Assembly (NCBI GenBank): GCA_013239625.1
Contig: MU053376.1
Span: 520,833-584,832 of the forward strand
Source of the DNA: Lama guanicoe
Lineage: Eukaryota
DNA length: 64,000 bases
Direction of reading: 5' to 3'
Shown: positions 51,050 through 64,000 of the stretch, in pieces
How positions within the stretch are numbered: position 1 is the stretch's first letter
Layout: each line of letters starts with the position of its first letter
Position numbers and translations under genes: made by a program
Notes under the pieces: model-generated
What the model was told of the DNA's origin: nothing
Seen by the model: the letters and a program-made list of their open reading frames with translations, nothing else
The model's database searches: none

Positions 51050-51640
51050 ACCATACAGCATTGTTATCAAAAAATGAGAAAAACATGGAGAAAATTTAAA
51101 CAACCTCCCTTTCGACCTCCCAACTCTAACTGACCACTGTTAACATTTTGGTGTATGTCCTTTCAGGCTTTTTCCTATGGTGGTAAATCTGTTTTTCCCT
51201 CTGCCTGGGTTTCATGTCCTCTTTCTTGTTTTGGTGGCGCATATCCTCAAGTTACTTTTCAAAAAGAAGTAAATTTCTTAAAAATTTGCATGTTTGAAAA
51301 CGTCTTCCTTTAATCTCCGTAATGAATTGATAGACTGACTGAAAATATAATTTCAGATTGAAAAAATTTTCCCTCATATGTTTGAAGGCATTTTTCCATT
51401 ATCTACTTGCTTCCAGGGTTCTATTAAGAAGTCTGCTGTTATCCTGAAGCCTGTCTTTTTCTTTGCGGAATCTTCACTTAATCCTTGGCATTTTGAAATG
51501 TCAAAATGTGTCTTTCCAAGGGTCCTTTGTCATTAATCATGCTGGGCACCTAATGGATCCTTGCAATCTGGGAAGTATGTGATCACTTTCATCCAAGGAA
51601 ATGGAATATATTTTTAATTTCTAAGAGTTCTCTGCATTTT
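51050..51640 (-). mobile_element. Ancient L1 (L1ME-like) fragment
   Basis: T-rich, with CCACTGTTAACATTTTGGTGTAT and AAGAAGTCTGCTGT words typical of antisense old L1. Confidence 0.5.
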
Positions 51641-51654
51641 CCTTAAAATACAAA

Positions 51655-52135
51655 AATCACCCAAATGTCCATCAGCTGATAAGTGGGTAAGTAAAATGTG
51701 AAATATCCACACATGCAATATCATCCATGCATGCAATATTTACGACACATGCAATATTATCCGCACATGCAATGTTATCCAGCCACACAAGGAATGAAGT
51801 ACTGATACATGCTCCGATGTGGATGCATCTTGAAAATATTATGCTAAGCAAAAGCAGCCAGACACAAAGGTCATATAATTGCCTGATTCCGCGTATGAAA
51901 TGCCCAGAATAGGTAGATGCAGAGAGACAGAAAGTAGATGTGTGGTTGCCAAGGGGTGGGGAGAAAGGATGCAGAGTAACTGCTTATGGGTATGGGGTTT
52001 CTTTGGGGGATGATGAAAACATTCTAGAATCACTGGTGATGGCTGCACAACCTTGTGAATCTACTAAAAACCATTAAATTGTACATTTTTAAAGGGAGAA
52101 TTTTATGGTATATGAATTATATCTCAATTTTTTTT
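51655..52135 (+). mobile_element. Old L1 (L1MB-like) 3' end with an internal ~18-bp tandem repeat
   Basis: CCCAAATGTCCATCAGCTGAT..GGAATGAAGTACTGATACATGC..ATGGTATATGAATTATATCTCAAT. CACATGCAAT units are repeated about four times at 51708-51781. Confidence 0.8.
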
Positions 52136-53875
52136 TAAAGGCTCCTTGTTCTTGTTCTGTGGGCATAAAATCCTCTCTCCTCTCTCTGAAGATATCAATC
52201 GTGGTGGTGGTGGTTTTTATGTTTCCTTTTGCTCCTTGCATAGTATTTACTGTCTTCAATCTGTTTGTTTTGGCTAATGTTTTTTTTTTTTTTTTTGGAC
52301 GCTTTCCTTAAAAATCTAATCACGGGTGAGGTATTTAGAAGCTGACTGGGAGCTCTGTGAGCAGGGGCAGAGCTTGGTGCTGGGAGGTCTCCCCCTGGGA
52401 GGTTTCAGTGGAGTTCCCCAAATGTCACCATTTGCCCAGTTACTGGCATTCCTAGAGCCAACAGGAGGAAAAGGGCAAGGGGCTCCCCCATTTGGCTTGC
52501 AAACATTCGGCAAATCCCCATTTTTCAATACATTATCTCATCTCCACTCACACTTGTACCCACATCCCCAAACCAGTGCATCTCAGTTTCCACGTCTCCG
52601 GCGAATTAAGTTCTCTCCAGGATGCTATTAAAGTGGGGATAGCTCCGTGGTGAAACGGGGTGAAGAATCACTCTGTGGTTTCACTCTCCTGTTTTTGGCA
52701 TCCTCCACATCCTATCTTTAGATGTCATTGATTTCTGAGGATTTCTGTGGTTCAATGGCAGGAATCTGTCCACTTCTCAATGTCCACTCCTTCTCCAGTG
52801 GGATCGCTAGGTTTTAGTTTCTCTAGCAAGCCAAGTCAGTTAGCTCCTCAACTTCCAAAGCTGCACAGACATCACGGGTCCACTGTGGTCCCCATACCCT
52901 CGCCCTTGTGGGCTCACCCCTCGTCTGCTCCTTTCCCCGGTGTCAGTGTGGCAGCGGAGAGAAACCCGGATGTGTTCAGTCCACCACGTTTATCGAAGCG
53001 CCTCTCTGCTATCTGTCGTTTGAAAAGCAGCAGACATTTGGCATTCCAGGTTTATCATAAACTGGTTTCCACCCTAACAAGCAACCCCAGTCTGGCATGA
53101 AACAGTGTACAGTGCTGACTTGCAGGAGCTGTGAGTGAGTCAGGGAAACCCCCAGGCAAGCTGAGATTTAGGTGAATTTGCCCTCGATTGCCAGCCTCGT
53201 TACATTTCTCAGCTGTACTTCACTGCATTTTATGGGGGAAATTACAGGGCAGTCTGTAATCCATGGATTCATGAAGGGCTATGATGTCTCCCTTGAGAAT
53301 GTCAAGGGTCTAGCGTACCATAGTGTCACCATGGAAACTAGTTGTCTGGTGACAGTTGGGCTTAGAGACATCCACAATGGTGGAGTGCGCATGGATTCTG
53401 GCTCTGGTAATGGACAGGAAGCGGTCCCTGGAGAGATGGCCACACTCACCTTAATGACCAGCCATAGCCTTCAGGACGTCTCCTGGGCCTCCTCCCTCCT
53501 GAGCACCTGGCATGGGGCCTGGCTTGAAGCACTTTGGCTCAGAGATGGAGGAGGGAGAGGGTGAGCCTGTCTGGCCCCCTAAGATCTGGAATCATTCAAG
53601 TACTCCTGAACTGCTTCCAGCCCCCAGGACTTCTGCTTCACGCTCACCCAAGCAAGGGAGAGTTGGCTCAGAGCTCTTTCAGCGGCCAGCAGTTCATAAT
53701 CAACTTTCAGAGTGCGGAGGGGAGAAGGAGACGTATTGTTCTAAAGTCACGTGTGTTTGGCTTTGAAATTCATTAGTTTCCCACCCACCCCTGCATATTT
53801 ACTATGCAAAAGAATTAATACCTGTTAAGTGCTTAGAACAGTCTAACTTGAGGTAAGTGCTTTATAAGTGTTTGC

Positions 53876-53876
<1 letters not shown>

Positions 53877-53916
<40 letters not shown>
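53877..53916. repeat. (TTA)n microsatellite
   Basis: About 13 uninterrupted TTA/ATT units. Confidence 0.95.
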
Positions 53917-53917
<1 letters not shown>

Positions 53918-56900
53918 AAAAATTGTAGTTAGCTTGAGTCCATGTGAAAACAAGTTTGCGCCCCCTGTCTCTCTGCAACTCCCTCAACTCAGAAAATGCA
54001 AAATGTGGAGACCCAGGGATTGAGAACTCCTGGGTCTCTGACTCTTCACACAACAGCAAAAAAACCACCATCCAAATATTTTGCTTATTAGTTCTCCCCA
54101 TTCCCTGGATTGGTGAACTCACTCCCTACCCCTTGACACTTTACCGGGAACCAGTTAGTTGATGTCTGTAATGCCATTTGTGACGCTCCCTCTCCAGGCT
54201 GCCCTGATGGCTGGCCCCTCCGGGTCCAGGGCTCACAGGCAGGCCTGGCTCCTTCTTCCCGGCTTTGTCCCTGTGGTTCCAGGACATCCCTGGTCGGGAA
54301 ATGGCCTTGGCTGGCCATAGGGTTCTCGCTCCTCCACTCCAGTGGTGGGAGCTGAACTCTAGCTCCCCTGTCCACCCCCACTTCTCTCTTTCAGCGGCTC
54401 CTCCCTTTTACAAATGTGTCTTCTTGCCTGTTCTGTCCCTGTCACCATCATCTCACTTTCTCCTTTCTTCCCTGGGCCAGGAGCCCCTGGAGGGCAGGTC
54501 TTCTCCTTCTTTACAGTCTGAACACCTAGCATGGGACCTGGCATGTAGTAGATGCTCAAAATATGTATATATATTTTTTCTTTTTAGAATGACAGAATCC
54601 TCTTTCTGTGTTGCCCTGTATCTGTATCTGCTTTGGGTCCTGTGCTCGTACCCCCGACTCCACACCCTTGCTGGCTTCCACTCAAAGCCTCGGCTGCTCC
54701 TCTTCCTGGCTGGGTGCGAAGGAGCTAGTGGTCCCCAGCACCGGGAAAGCCCTGTTGACCTCAGCTGGCAGGGAAAGGCCTGAACAGGCTGCATAGCTCA
54801 GCACGTCAGGACTGATACCTACTGATGAGAGGTAGGCTTGTTCTGTGCAATTTCCATCTCATTTGTCTTTTCATTTGTAGCTTAAATTGGCCAATTTTGT
54901 CTGGAATGTGCCTGGACTCTAGCAATCCACACACAACAAATGCGTGTCCCCAGCAGCTGTGACAGAGAGACTGGCAGGGGGACAAGCCCTGGTCTTTGAC
55001 AGCAGCTCAGTGATGGGCCCCGAGCCTCCTGCAGCACTAAGGCTTGAAGGATGGCAACTAAACGCGATTCCTCCAAGGCCTAAGGAGGGGAGGGCAGGGA
55101 AGAGACTGCAATGAGCAGAGTTAGGGTTAGGCCCTGGAAAAATCCGTTTTCTTTTCTCCCTTTTTTATTGGGTCCTATCTACCAACCTATCTTGAGAGAT
55201 TCGCTAAAGTGCAGGGAATGCAGGATAAATTGTTGGGGCCTTTAAAAGTAGTCAGCGTTGACATAGTGTTGAGGGAAAAAAGCCGAATAGTCTCATGAAA
55301 TCAAAAATCGCCTAACTCATGTATGTTGCTAGAACTCTGAACAGTGCTGCTGAGTGTCGGGGCCACGAGGGAGCCTTCCTGGGGGGCGGGAAGCGGTCTG
55401 CGTCTTGATCTGGGCTGTGGCAACATGGGGGGGATGGTACACCCTGCGGACAGATTCGCCAAGTTGCCCGCTTAGGATCTGTGCGCTTCACTGTGTGAGT
55501 TCTGCATCAATACAAACGAGGAAAAGAAAGTCACACCAATGGTTTTCCAACTTAACTGTGCATTAGAATCACATGGGAGTGCATTTAAAAATGCAGATTT
55601 CTGGACACCCTGGAACTACTGAGTCAGTCTGGAGTGCCGTCTGGGCATCTGCATTGTTAACAATCCCCTGCTCCCCCCGAGAGTGATTTTGAGACAATGG
55701 TCCACGGATCAAACAAGACCACATGGGGCTTGGAGGTCTGTCCTGTCTAATGGCCTAGGTGCCATCCTGCTGGGAGCCACAGTGGGCAGCTAGGGGGTTA
55801 AGGGCTCCCAGACACCCTTGGCAGAAAGGGTCCGGGGCCGGCCATACTGCGGCATCGAGGAAGCACTGTGGTCACATAGACGTGGCAGTGGGGAGTGAGA
55901 GGCAGCTCTCTGGCCTAACAAAAATCAGAGCAGGGAGTGGGCCCCTCATCGGGGAAGAGAATTACCCTGAGCAAGGAATCCTCTCCAGCACTCCTGTCCC
56001 CGGGGACCCTGCCCCAGGACGGCCAGGCGAACGTGGAGCAGATGTGGTGGCTGGGGAAGGCTGGTCCCCAGCAGAGGTGGAGTTCCGCAGAATGGCCTAA
56101 TGATCCCACGGGGACGAGACTGTGTTTGATCAGTTGTGCATTCCTCAGCAAGCGCCTGTCCTTGGACAGGAAGAAGGAACCCAAGACTGAGACATGGGGC
56201 TAAAGAGGAGACCCTGGGGCGGGTGGAGACAATGCGGCATTTCCATGGATGAGTGTCTGGAAATGGCAAATTATGTTTTTTGAGCTGCCCTTGACTTGGG
56301 GGCCTGGGAGGGGAGTCAGATATGGGGCTTGAGAACAGGGAAAGGAGCAACATTTGGGAAGCATTCACCATATGCCAGACCTTATCGAAACACCATGCCA
56401 TCTGATCCTCACGGTAATTCTGACGTGACTTACATCTGTTTTAATAGATGATGAAACTAAGACCAAGAGACATTCACCAGCTTGTCCACAGCCACAAACT
56501 CACGAACAGCTGGAATTTGAACTCGGGTCCGTGTAACTCAAACCACTGCAGTCTTTCTGTATTTCCTGCTGTCTCTCCCTCTCAACCTCAAACTGCTATC
56601 AGACATTTAAGAATTTGCAGAATGCTTTCTCAGACATTATCTTACTTGATTTTCATGAACACTTTGTGTCACACAGGTATAAGTCCCATTTTTTGGATGA
56701 AAAATTGAAATTCAGGCAAAGGCTAACCTGCCCAAGATCAAACAGCTGGTAAGTAGCTGGGAACTGGGCCTTAAGGCACAGGCCAGATGGCTCTAAATTT
56801 GCCACAATCCCTTGTCTGGACACTGAGAAACACAGTCCAGCCTGGTCATGTCTCAGAGAATCTGGAGACACCACGGCTTAGAGCACAGCTTGGTTTCATG

Positions 56901-58486
56901 ATGACGGGTTTTACTAAACCCCTTTAGGGACTGAGATGGAAAAATGACCTCAGCAGGGAAATGGAGGTCCAAAGAGCTCTGGTGAGTCGCTCAAGATTAC
57001 ACTGGACATTGAAGCTGGAGCTGAGACAGAACCCATGTTTCTCAAATGGGTCATTTCCCAAGGCCTTTTGGGATATTCCTTCAACCTCATTCATATTCTT
57101 TGCCTCAGGGGCTCTGGCCTCCATCCTTCACTTGGACTGATGCCAACAATGCAAAAGAAGCTTTAACCAACACTGGGGTTGGGTGGGAGGGCAGGACAGA
57201 AGCCTCAGAGGCCTCAGCTCACGGACCTGGGGCACGTCAGCAAGGAACAGGTGGGAACAGGGATGTGTCATCCTGGACATCTGCCCTGACTCCCCCCACA
57301 AGGGCTTTTCCCAAGCCTTCTCCCTTGGTTAACTTGGCCATCAGGGGTCAACACACTACAAGAGAGGAATGCTGTATTTGGGGGTGACCTGCCAGTATCT
57401 GGACTGCTCTGATGTGCCAAGTCTTCGTACGGGGACAGCCATCATAGACCCTCTGTTCTGCCTGTGTGTGCACTCGGGGATTATTCACTTGGTGGCTTCT
57501 CCCCAGCAAACATTCTTTGTCCATCCTGGTTTCTCCTCACTGCCTACGCTACTCTGGGAAATGCAACCAGCGCTCTCCAAATCAGATCTAATTAGAACAG
57601 CAAATCAGGGCACTCAAGTCATCACGGCGCACTCCAAGCGTGAGTGGAAACGCTGTTTGGATTCTCCTGCAAGGTGCTTGTTGTGGCTGTTGTGTTTCCT
57701 TAGATTATCCACTCCCTGCTTCCCGCCTTCCATCACCCCCCTAACGGAGAGGCGGGGCGCAGTCCCCCACAGGCTGGCATTCATCTTCCCAGTCTGACCC
57801 TCTTGCAGGCTATTAAGCTGCTGTTGCAAGATTGAGCAGGGCAGAAAAATGAGAACAGTGCACAGAGAGCAGTGAGGGCAAATGGGGCTCTTTTAGAACA
57901 GGATCCATTGATAAGTCAGGCCAAGAAGAAACGGCCTCAAGCTCTGAGATGTGGGGACCTCCCCAGACAAAAAGAGCAGGTGAAAGGGAGAGGAAGAGGC
58001 CAGGCTGGGAGGGTCTCTAGAAGGCTGGGCCTCCTAGGAGCGGAGGCCCCAGGAAGTGAGGCAAAGGTACCTGCGGTCAGTGCCGCCCCTGTCTCAGTGG
58101 AAAGATGAGCAATTCTCCCTGCCCCTGCCCCGCTGCTCTCCTCCCAAACCACTGCAGGAAGGAACTACAGAAGCCAACGGTCCAACCACACGACAGCTGC
58201 ATGATTCCAGTCTCACCAGGTCCTCTCTGCTGCAATCCTTTGATTGGTCTCTCGCTGCCGCCCTGGCACACTCTGCAGAGCCCTCTTCTAGGTCTGCTGC
58301 ACACTGTGCTCCTGTCCTCCGGACAGGTGACCTTGCCGACTGGCGGGCTGATGGACGGGCAGGCCTGACCTCCGCTGCCCTTCAGCACTGTGCCTCCTTT
58401 CCCACACTTCTGCCCAGATGCCCATTCTCGCTTCCTTCCCTCTGGCTTAAGGAAAGGGTTTTCTCCTTCTGAAAACCAGCTTCGTG

Positions 58487-58648
58487 GTGGGGGAGGGTCT
58501 AGCTCAGTGGCAGAGCGCGTGCTTAGCATGCACGAGGTCCTGGGTTCAATCCTCAGTGCTACCATTAAAATCAGTAAGTAAATAAACCGAATTACCCTGC
58601 ACCTAAATAAATAAATAAATAAAATAAAATATTTTTAAAAACAATAAA
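58487..58648 (+). mobile_element. tRNA-derived SINE (Vic-1-like)
   Basis: TAGCTCAGTGG..GGGTTCAATCC and an (AAAT)n tail. Confidence 0.88.
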
Positions 58649-60869
58649 AATCAATCTCATCCCTTCCCACCTCCTCAGGAAACAGTCCTTCGCTCATCCT
58701 CTCTCCACCTTTAAAATCAACAGTGAAAATGCCACTTTTTTCTGGTCTTCCCCCCACCCCCCGAACACAGACCCTTCTTGCTTAGACGCCTGTGGGTTGC
58801 TTTTCAATCTCATAGCATTTTCTCAGCTTTCAACCCCCAGGAGCTCTTGACGGAATCATCCAGCAGGGCTAGTAGCCCTTCCTTCTTGGAACTCTGACTG
58901 TCTTCTGCGCTCACCCTCCCTCTGGGACCAGCCTCTCCTGCAGGCCCACGCCGCTTCTTCCCCGGCCGCCTCCCCTCCGTCCTCCTGTGCTCTCTGGTCA
59001 CACTGGCAGTGCCACCCCAGTGACCATCCACTGCTGTCATCTTTTCTCTCCATTCAGTTCCCTCAGCTACCAAACTTCAGCTCAAGTCCTTGGAACACTG
59101 GCCCTAAGCTTCATGTGTTCTTATGCTACAATAATTGGAATGTAAAATATAACAGTGGTTAATTTCTTCATTGTAGATAGAATGTTATGATGATGATAAA
59201 CACTCTTTTGTTTAACGTTTATTGTCTGGAAGTCTGACTGGCAAAGACATGACAAATAAATGCAAAAAAGAAATCAGGAAATAAACAAAAAACCACGGGT
59301 CCTAAATCAGACATGCCACATCTTCTGCCCCAGTATTGCCACCTCCTAGCAAGCCCATCGTCCCCACAGTCCATTCCACCTCCCCGAGCATCACTCCACT
59401 CCCTTCAGGGAGATGAGTCAACTCTTCCTTGGAAGTGCCCCTGACAACAGGGTGCTCGTGCGCTCCCAGGGGTCTGAGGACACAGTCCCAAAAGGCCTGC
59501 AGGAAGGTCAAAATTACTTCGAAGTCTTGTTTTAAACCTCTGTGAACTTCTTACCAGATCTGTATTTGCTTTCCCTTGTTTCCTCCCTGAGTCTCTGAGT
59601 CAAGGCGGTCCCGCCCCCGACAGGCACGTCCCAGGCCTGTTTATCAGCAGCCAGCCAGTCGCACCTCCTCCGGGACACCGTCTCCCATTAACAGGGTCTC
59701 TCTTTTCCACCAGCTATCGCTGGCTTTAGGGCCCGTGCCATTTAGTTTGGCCTTTGATTATTCTTACTTGCTTTGAGGCCAGGTCAACACCATTAGCCGT
59801 CCCTGGAGGGCGGGGCCTGCAGGCTCACCCCTTTTGTCTGTCTCTCTGACACATGGCCCTTGGTAAGGCCTTGGCTGGACTAAAATCACAGGTTCCCTCT
59901 GAGGCCATGGGACATGTTTCCAAACTTTCTCCATCGAAGTCCCACCTATCCCCACCATGTCCCAGGGGGTTGGGGTTGGCTCTCTTGTCACCTCACCTCT
60001 CCAAACAGCCAGATGGCAGAGATACTTAAGCAAGCCAGTCCCCTGGGCCTTGGGCCCGGGTCGTGACTAGTCCAGCCCACGGTGCCTTTCCAATCATTTA
60101 ACCACATTTGGCTCCACACCTGAGGCTAAGGATTCACAACCGCTCCACAAATCCTCCTTAATTAAACCTCCGGAGGCCCCTGCCGAGTAGCAATAACTCG
60201 GCTCCTCTCCTACAGGCAAAGATGCCCCGATGGACTTCTCAGCTTAGGGTGGGCCCTGGCCAGACCCCACCCATCGTCTGTGCAGCCTGCACCAGCACAG
60301 CCTGACGGGAAGCAGCTGAGAGGGTGGTGCTGACAAGAAGCAGGAGCTGGGAGGGTTTCTCTGCACGGCGTTAAAACGAACAACCTGCAAATTAGATGCA
60401 AAATACCACGCCAATAAGGCGTATATTAATTTGGAACCAATAGCTTTGGGCATTTTAGGTAATAAAATGCCAGCCCTGTATGTGATCATATTTACTGCCC
60501 CTATTTCCTTTTCTGATAGTCCAAGTAAAACTGAAAGTGCGGTCATGTAAGATATTGAGAGGAATGTATTTCTGTCTGGCGAATGTCAAGGCACAGGGGT
60601 AAGTTAGACGTTACGGCTACCCATGTAAACACAGAGGCTACTTCATCCACATCCCCACTGGCAAGCACTCCTGAGCACCTGCTCTGGGTAAAACACCAGG
60701 CTGGGCACTAGGAGAAGAGCATGAAGTGCCCTCATTCAGTTGAGTTCAGTTCAACACACATCTATTAGGTGCCTATTACTCAACATTTATTAAGTGCCAC
60801 TTACTAGCTGAGTGACCTTGGGCACGTTAGTTCTCTCACTTGAAAACGGGGTAACGCAAATGTACTTCA

Positions 60870-61480
60870 GTGGGTGAGCGGCTACCCTGCGGCACATTCC
60901 AACCACAGGACACTACTCAGCAACAAAGGGGAACAAACTATTGATTTAGGGGAGTAATCTGGATGAACCTCGAGAAAACTATGCTGATGAAAAAGAAGAC
61001 AATAGCAAAAAAATTATAGGCTGTATGATTCTGTTTATATAACATTTGTTTGTTCAAATAACATTTGTTATTTGAAATAACATCATAGACGACTGAAACA
61101 TTACACCGTACACCAGAAACTGACACGTTGTCACTGACTATACTTCAATCAAACAAAAAAAATCACAGATACAGAGGACACATTAGTGGCTGCCAGGGGT
61201 CAGGGATGAGGGTGTGTGGCTACGAAAGTTAGCGCCAGGGACCTCGTGATGGTGCAGTGAAGTAACTTGATTGTGGTGGTGGTGGTTACGGAAAGCTACC
61301 CACACACAAATGAAATGTGGATAAGCGCTATGAATTTTACCAACGTCAGTTTCCTGGTTTTGATATTGCACTACAGCTGTGGAAGATGTCAGCGCTGGGG
61401 GAGGCTGGATGAGGGGTACTCCGGACTTCCCTGCACATTTCTTTGCACTTCCAGGGAATCTATACTTATTTTAAAAGAAA
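60870..61480 (+). mobile_element. Old L1M 3' fragment containing a short nested younger L1 tail (~61095-61162)
   Basis: GGATGAACCTCGAGAAAACTATGCTGA..TAGTGGCTGCCAGGG..TTTCCTGGTTTTGATATTG. The internal CACCAGAAACTGACAC..TGACTATACTTCAA+A-tail resembles the 3' end of the L1 at 45205-45260. Confidence 0.65.
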
Positions 61481-62899
61481 AAGGTTTTCTAAAAATAGGG
61501 TATAGTACCTACAGGGTAAGGTTATTTTTAAGGTTCGATGAGTTAATATAAAGCACTTAACAGAGCACCTAGCACACAGCAAGACTTTGTCATGTGTCGT
61601 TGCTATTGTCACTGCTACGTGCCAGGCACTGGGAGCACCAACACGTGTAAGTTGCAATCTCTGTCTTTAAGGAGGTTTCAGTCCAGCAGAAGAGGAAGAC
61701 GCAGCAATGAGATTTTCAATAGGATGTGCTGAGTGCCCTCGGTACATGGGAGGAGGTCTCAGGGCTTTGGGGAAGGTTTCCTGGAAAAGATGTCACGAGA
61801 GCTGAGGACTGAAGCATGAGAAGAGCCAACCAGGTGAGGAGCATGTGAAGGGCACCCCAGCGAAGGCACAGATGAGCAAAGCTTGCAGGTGTGGAGAGCA
61901 TGGGAAGGGCCAGGAACCAGGGGCAGCTGGTTTCAGTCCCGCATTTAGGAGGCAAAGAGTGGAGGGGAAGAGGCTGGCATGTATGCCTCAAGAACCCAGG
62001 CATCATCCCCCAGGAGGCAGACGTGAGGGGCCACTGTCCCACATGGGCCTCAACCACCCCGTTCTTCACTCTGGGTTTTCCAGGCAGCCCTGCTCCTGGG
62101 ACTCAGCCTGATTAGTCACTCTGTCCTGGCACGGAGTGAGGGACCATGAGAATGAGAAAAGTGGGAGGCCTAGCGCAGGCTCAGCAAAGCCCACTTGGAT
62201 TGGCCTTAACCACACAAAGGGTGAATCTACTGCAAACTGCCCATCACATTCTGGACCCACTTCCTCGTTCCCACCCCATGAGGGTTTCTTTGTTTTTTGG
62301 TACCAGTCCTCCTTCCACTACTGTGGGTAATCCTGAACCTGCAGCAGCCTCTTTCCTACAGGCATGTACCTGCAGCCATGCAGACAGCACAGCAATGGGG
62401 CCACAGGCTCCAGGCTCGAGTCTAAGTCTTCGTCGATCAGCCCCTTGACTCTGAGCAAGTTGCTAACCCTTTCTGGGCAGTAGATTCCCCCTGTGGTGAA
62501 ACAAGTGATCATAACACACACCCCAGCTTCCTCGCAGGGGTGGCTCAAAGGATGTAAAAAAAATCAGAACATCATAATGTATGTGAAAGAGCTTTGTAGG
62601 TTGTAAACAACTGTTCAGATGTGAAAGATTATTGTTATTGTTCCTGAAAGAACTATTGGTGAAGAGCAGTCTACATCTCTGGTTGGGAAATCAGAGTAAA
62701 TCTCCTTTGAATCTAGGCAAAGTCTTTAGCTGAGGAAAGACAGTGGTGGGAAAGGAAAGGGGAGAGGAGCAGGGGCCCTGTTTCTTTCTATGGCAGAACA
62801 CGAGCAAGGCAGTGGCCATCTGGTCTACCGAGGCCACACTCTCGGTAGCTTTCCCCTCCAGCTTTTTTCATGAGATCCTTTCTGTATTTAAAGACCTTT

Positions 62900-63700
62900 C
62901 ACTAATTAATTCACTCCCCAAATATTTTTTGAATGCCTGCTCTGTGCCAGGTACCACTGTTACAATGATGAACTAAACAGACAGGGTCTCTGCCCTCATG
63001 GGTCATAGTCTAGGGGCAGAGCCAGACATTTATCCAATAAGCACACAATTATATAATAAGAGACCAGGATGTGTGTTATGAAGGAAGCATCTAGGATGTT
63101 AGAAGTGTTTAATGGAGGCCTGATCAAATTCTGGAGGTACCCTGGGGAAGCTTTTTTAAGGAAGGGCTATTTGAGCTGAGATCTGAAAGATAACGAGAAC
63201 TTAGGGAGAAGTATGGAGTGGGAGGAGTGACTGAGGGCCAGGGAACAGCATGTGCATAAAGATGATGAGGCAAAAAGAAGCTTAGCAGTCAAAGAATGGA
63301 AAGAAGCCAATGTGAGCGTGCAGAGCACGAGAGGGCGGAGGAGGGGGCGCTGGGGATCACCGACGAGTTCTGAGAGTATGGGAGGCTGTGACCAGATCCA
63401 ACCTGTGCTCTTAAAAAATCATTCTAGCAGCTATTTGGATTCTGAGCAGGCAAGTGTGGATGCAGGCATGCCCGTGGGAAGGTGGTTCCGGTGGCCTAGG
63501 TGAGAGGTGAGGGCAGCCTGAAGTAAAGTGGAGACTGTGAAGATGGGGAGGAGTGGACGGATGTGGGTGCCGTTTCAGAGATTAGACAGCACCTGGTGAT
63601 AGACTGAATATAAGGGAATAAGGGGAAGAGCTGACAATGACTCCCAGATTGAGACTCTGGGTACTGCTTTGAGGCGGCACCATTTAAAAACCAGGCAACA
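62900..63700 (-). mobile_element. L2 fragment
   Basis: AAATATTTTTTGAATGCCTGCTCTGTGCCAGG..TCTGCCCTCATGG..TTTGAGCTGAGATCTGAA..GGGAACAGCATGTGC. Confidence 0.7.
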
Positions 63701-63776
63701 CTGGAGGGGTGGAGTGGCAGTGGGATTTAGGAGAATCGTGACTCTGCCTTTGGATACACCAAATCTGAGGCTTCTT

Positions 63777-63940
63777 TTTTTAATTTTCTACTTAAAAATT
63801 CTTCTTGGAGGGGCAAGGCAGTTAGGTTTATTAATTTATTATTATTGTTGTTGTTCTTGTTTAATGGAGGTGCTGGGGATTGAACCCAAGACCTTGTACA
63901 TGCTAAGCACACACTCTACCACTGAGCTATACCCCCCCCC
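63777..63940 (-). mobile_element. tRNA-derived SINE (Vic-1-like)
   Basis: A and B boxes on the minus strand; degenerate TSD CCAAATCTGAGGCTTCTT / CCAAGTTTGAGGTTTCTT. Confidence 0.88.
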
Positions 63941-64000
63941 CAAGTTTGAGGTTTCTTAAGAAATGCAACTCAGTCAATTAGGCAGGTGGACATAAGGCTA

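Larger units (their letters stand above)
20254..64000 (-). other. LRRN2: Probable large 5'-UTR intron of LRRN2; first exon probably beyond the window
   Basis: There are no coding exons, and no large CpG island is visible. Young retroelements here are mostly antisense to LRRN2. LRRN-family genes typically have one coding exon and distant non-coding first exons. Confidence 0.6.

Noticed and set aside
51708..51781. Short repeat array (CACATGCAAT units)
   Set aside because: An ~18-bp tandem expansion inside an L1 fragment with no unique spacers; not CRISPR-like.
54008..54038. 10-bp stem hairpin GAGACCCAGG..CCTGGGTCTC
   Set aside because: Too short for a pre-miRNA and plausible by chance in 64 kb.

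Overview
Mammalian genomic DNA, most likely from a camelid, inferred from about 11 copies of a tRNA-derived SINE of the Vic-1 type. The only supportable protein-coding sequence is the single coding exon of LRRN2 on the minus strand (CDS 20010-17872, 712 aa; signal peptide, LRRNT, LRR array, LRRCT, Ig, FN3-like, TM, short tail). Its splice acceptor is at 20254-20255 and tandem AATAAA signals lie at 17218-17229. Bases 1-17 kb are downstream intergenic DNA. Bases 20.3-64 kb look like a large 5' intron, and I found no convincing first exon in the window. The rest is interspersed repeats (L1, L2, CR1/L3, MIR, hAT elements, MaLR and ERV solo LTRs, an ERVL pol relic) plus several repeat-free, motif-dense blocks that may be enhancers. 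I found no new gene system. The most unusual structure is in the LRRN2 5' leader: five uORFs, four chained by ATGA/TAATG stop-start overlaps and the fifth ending on the LRRN2 start codon. Repeat family names and boundaries come from visual recognition and are approximate unless target-site duplications (TSDs) are given.
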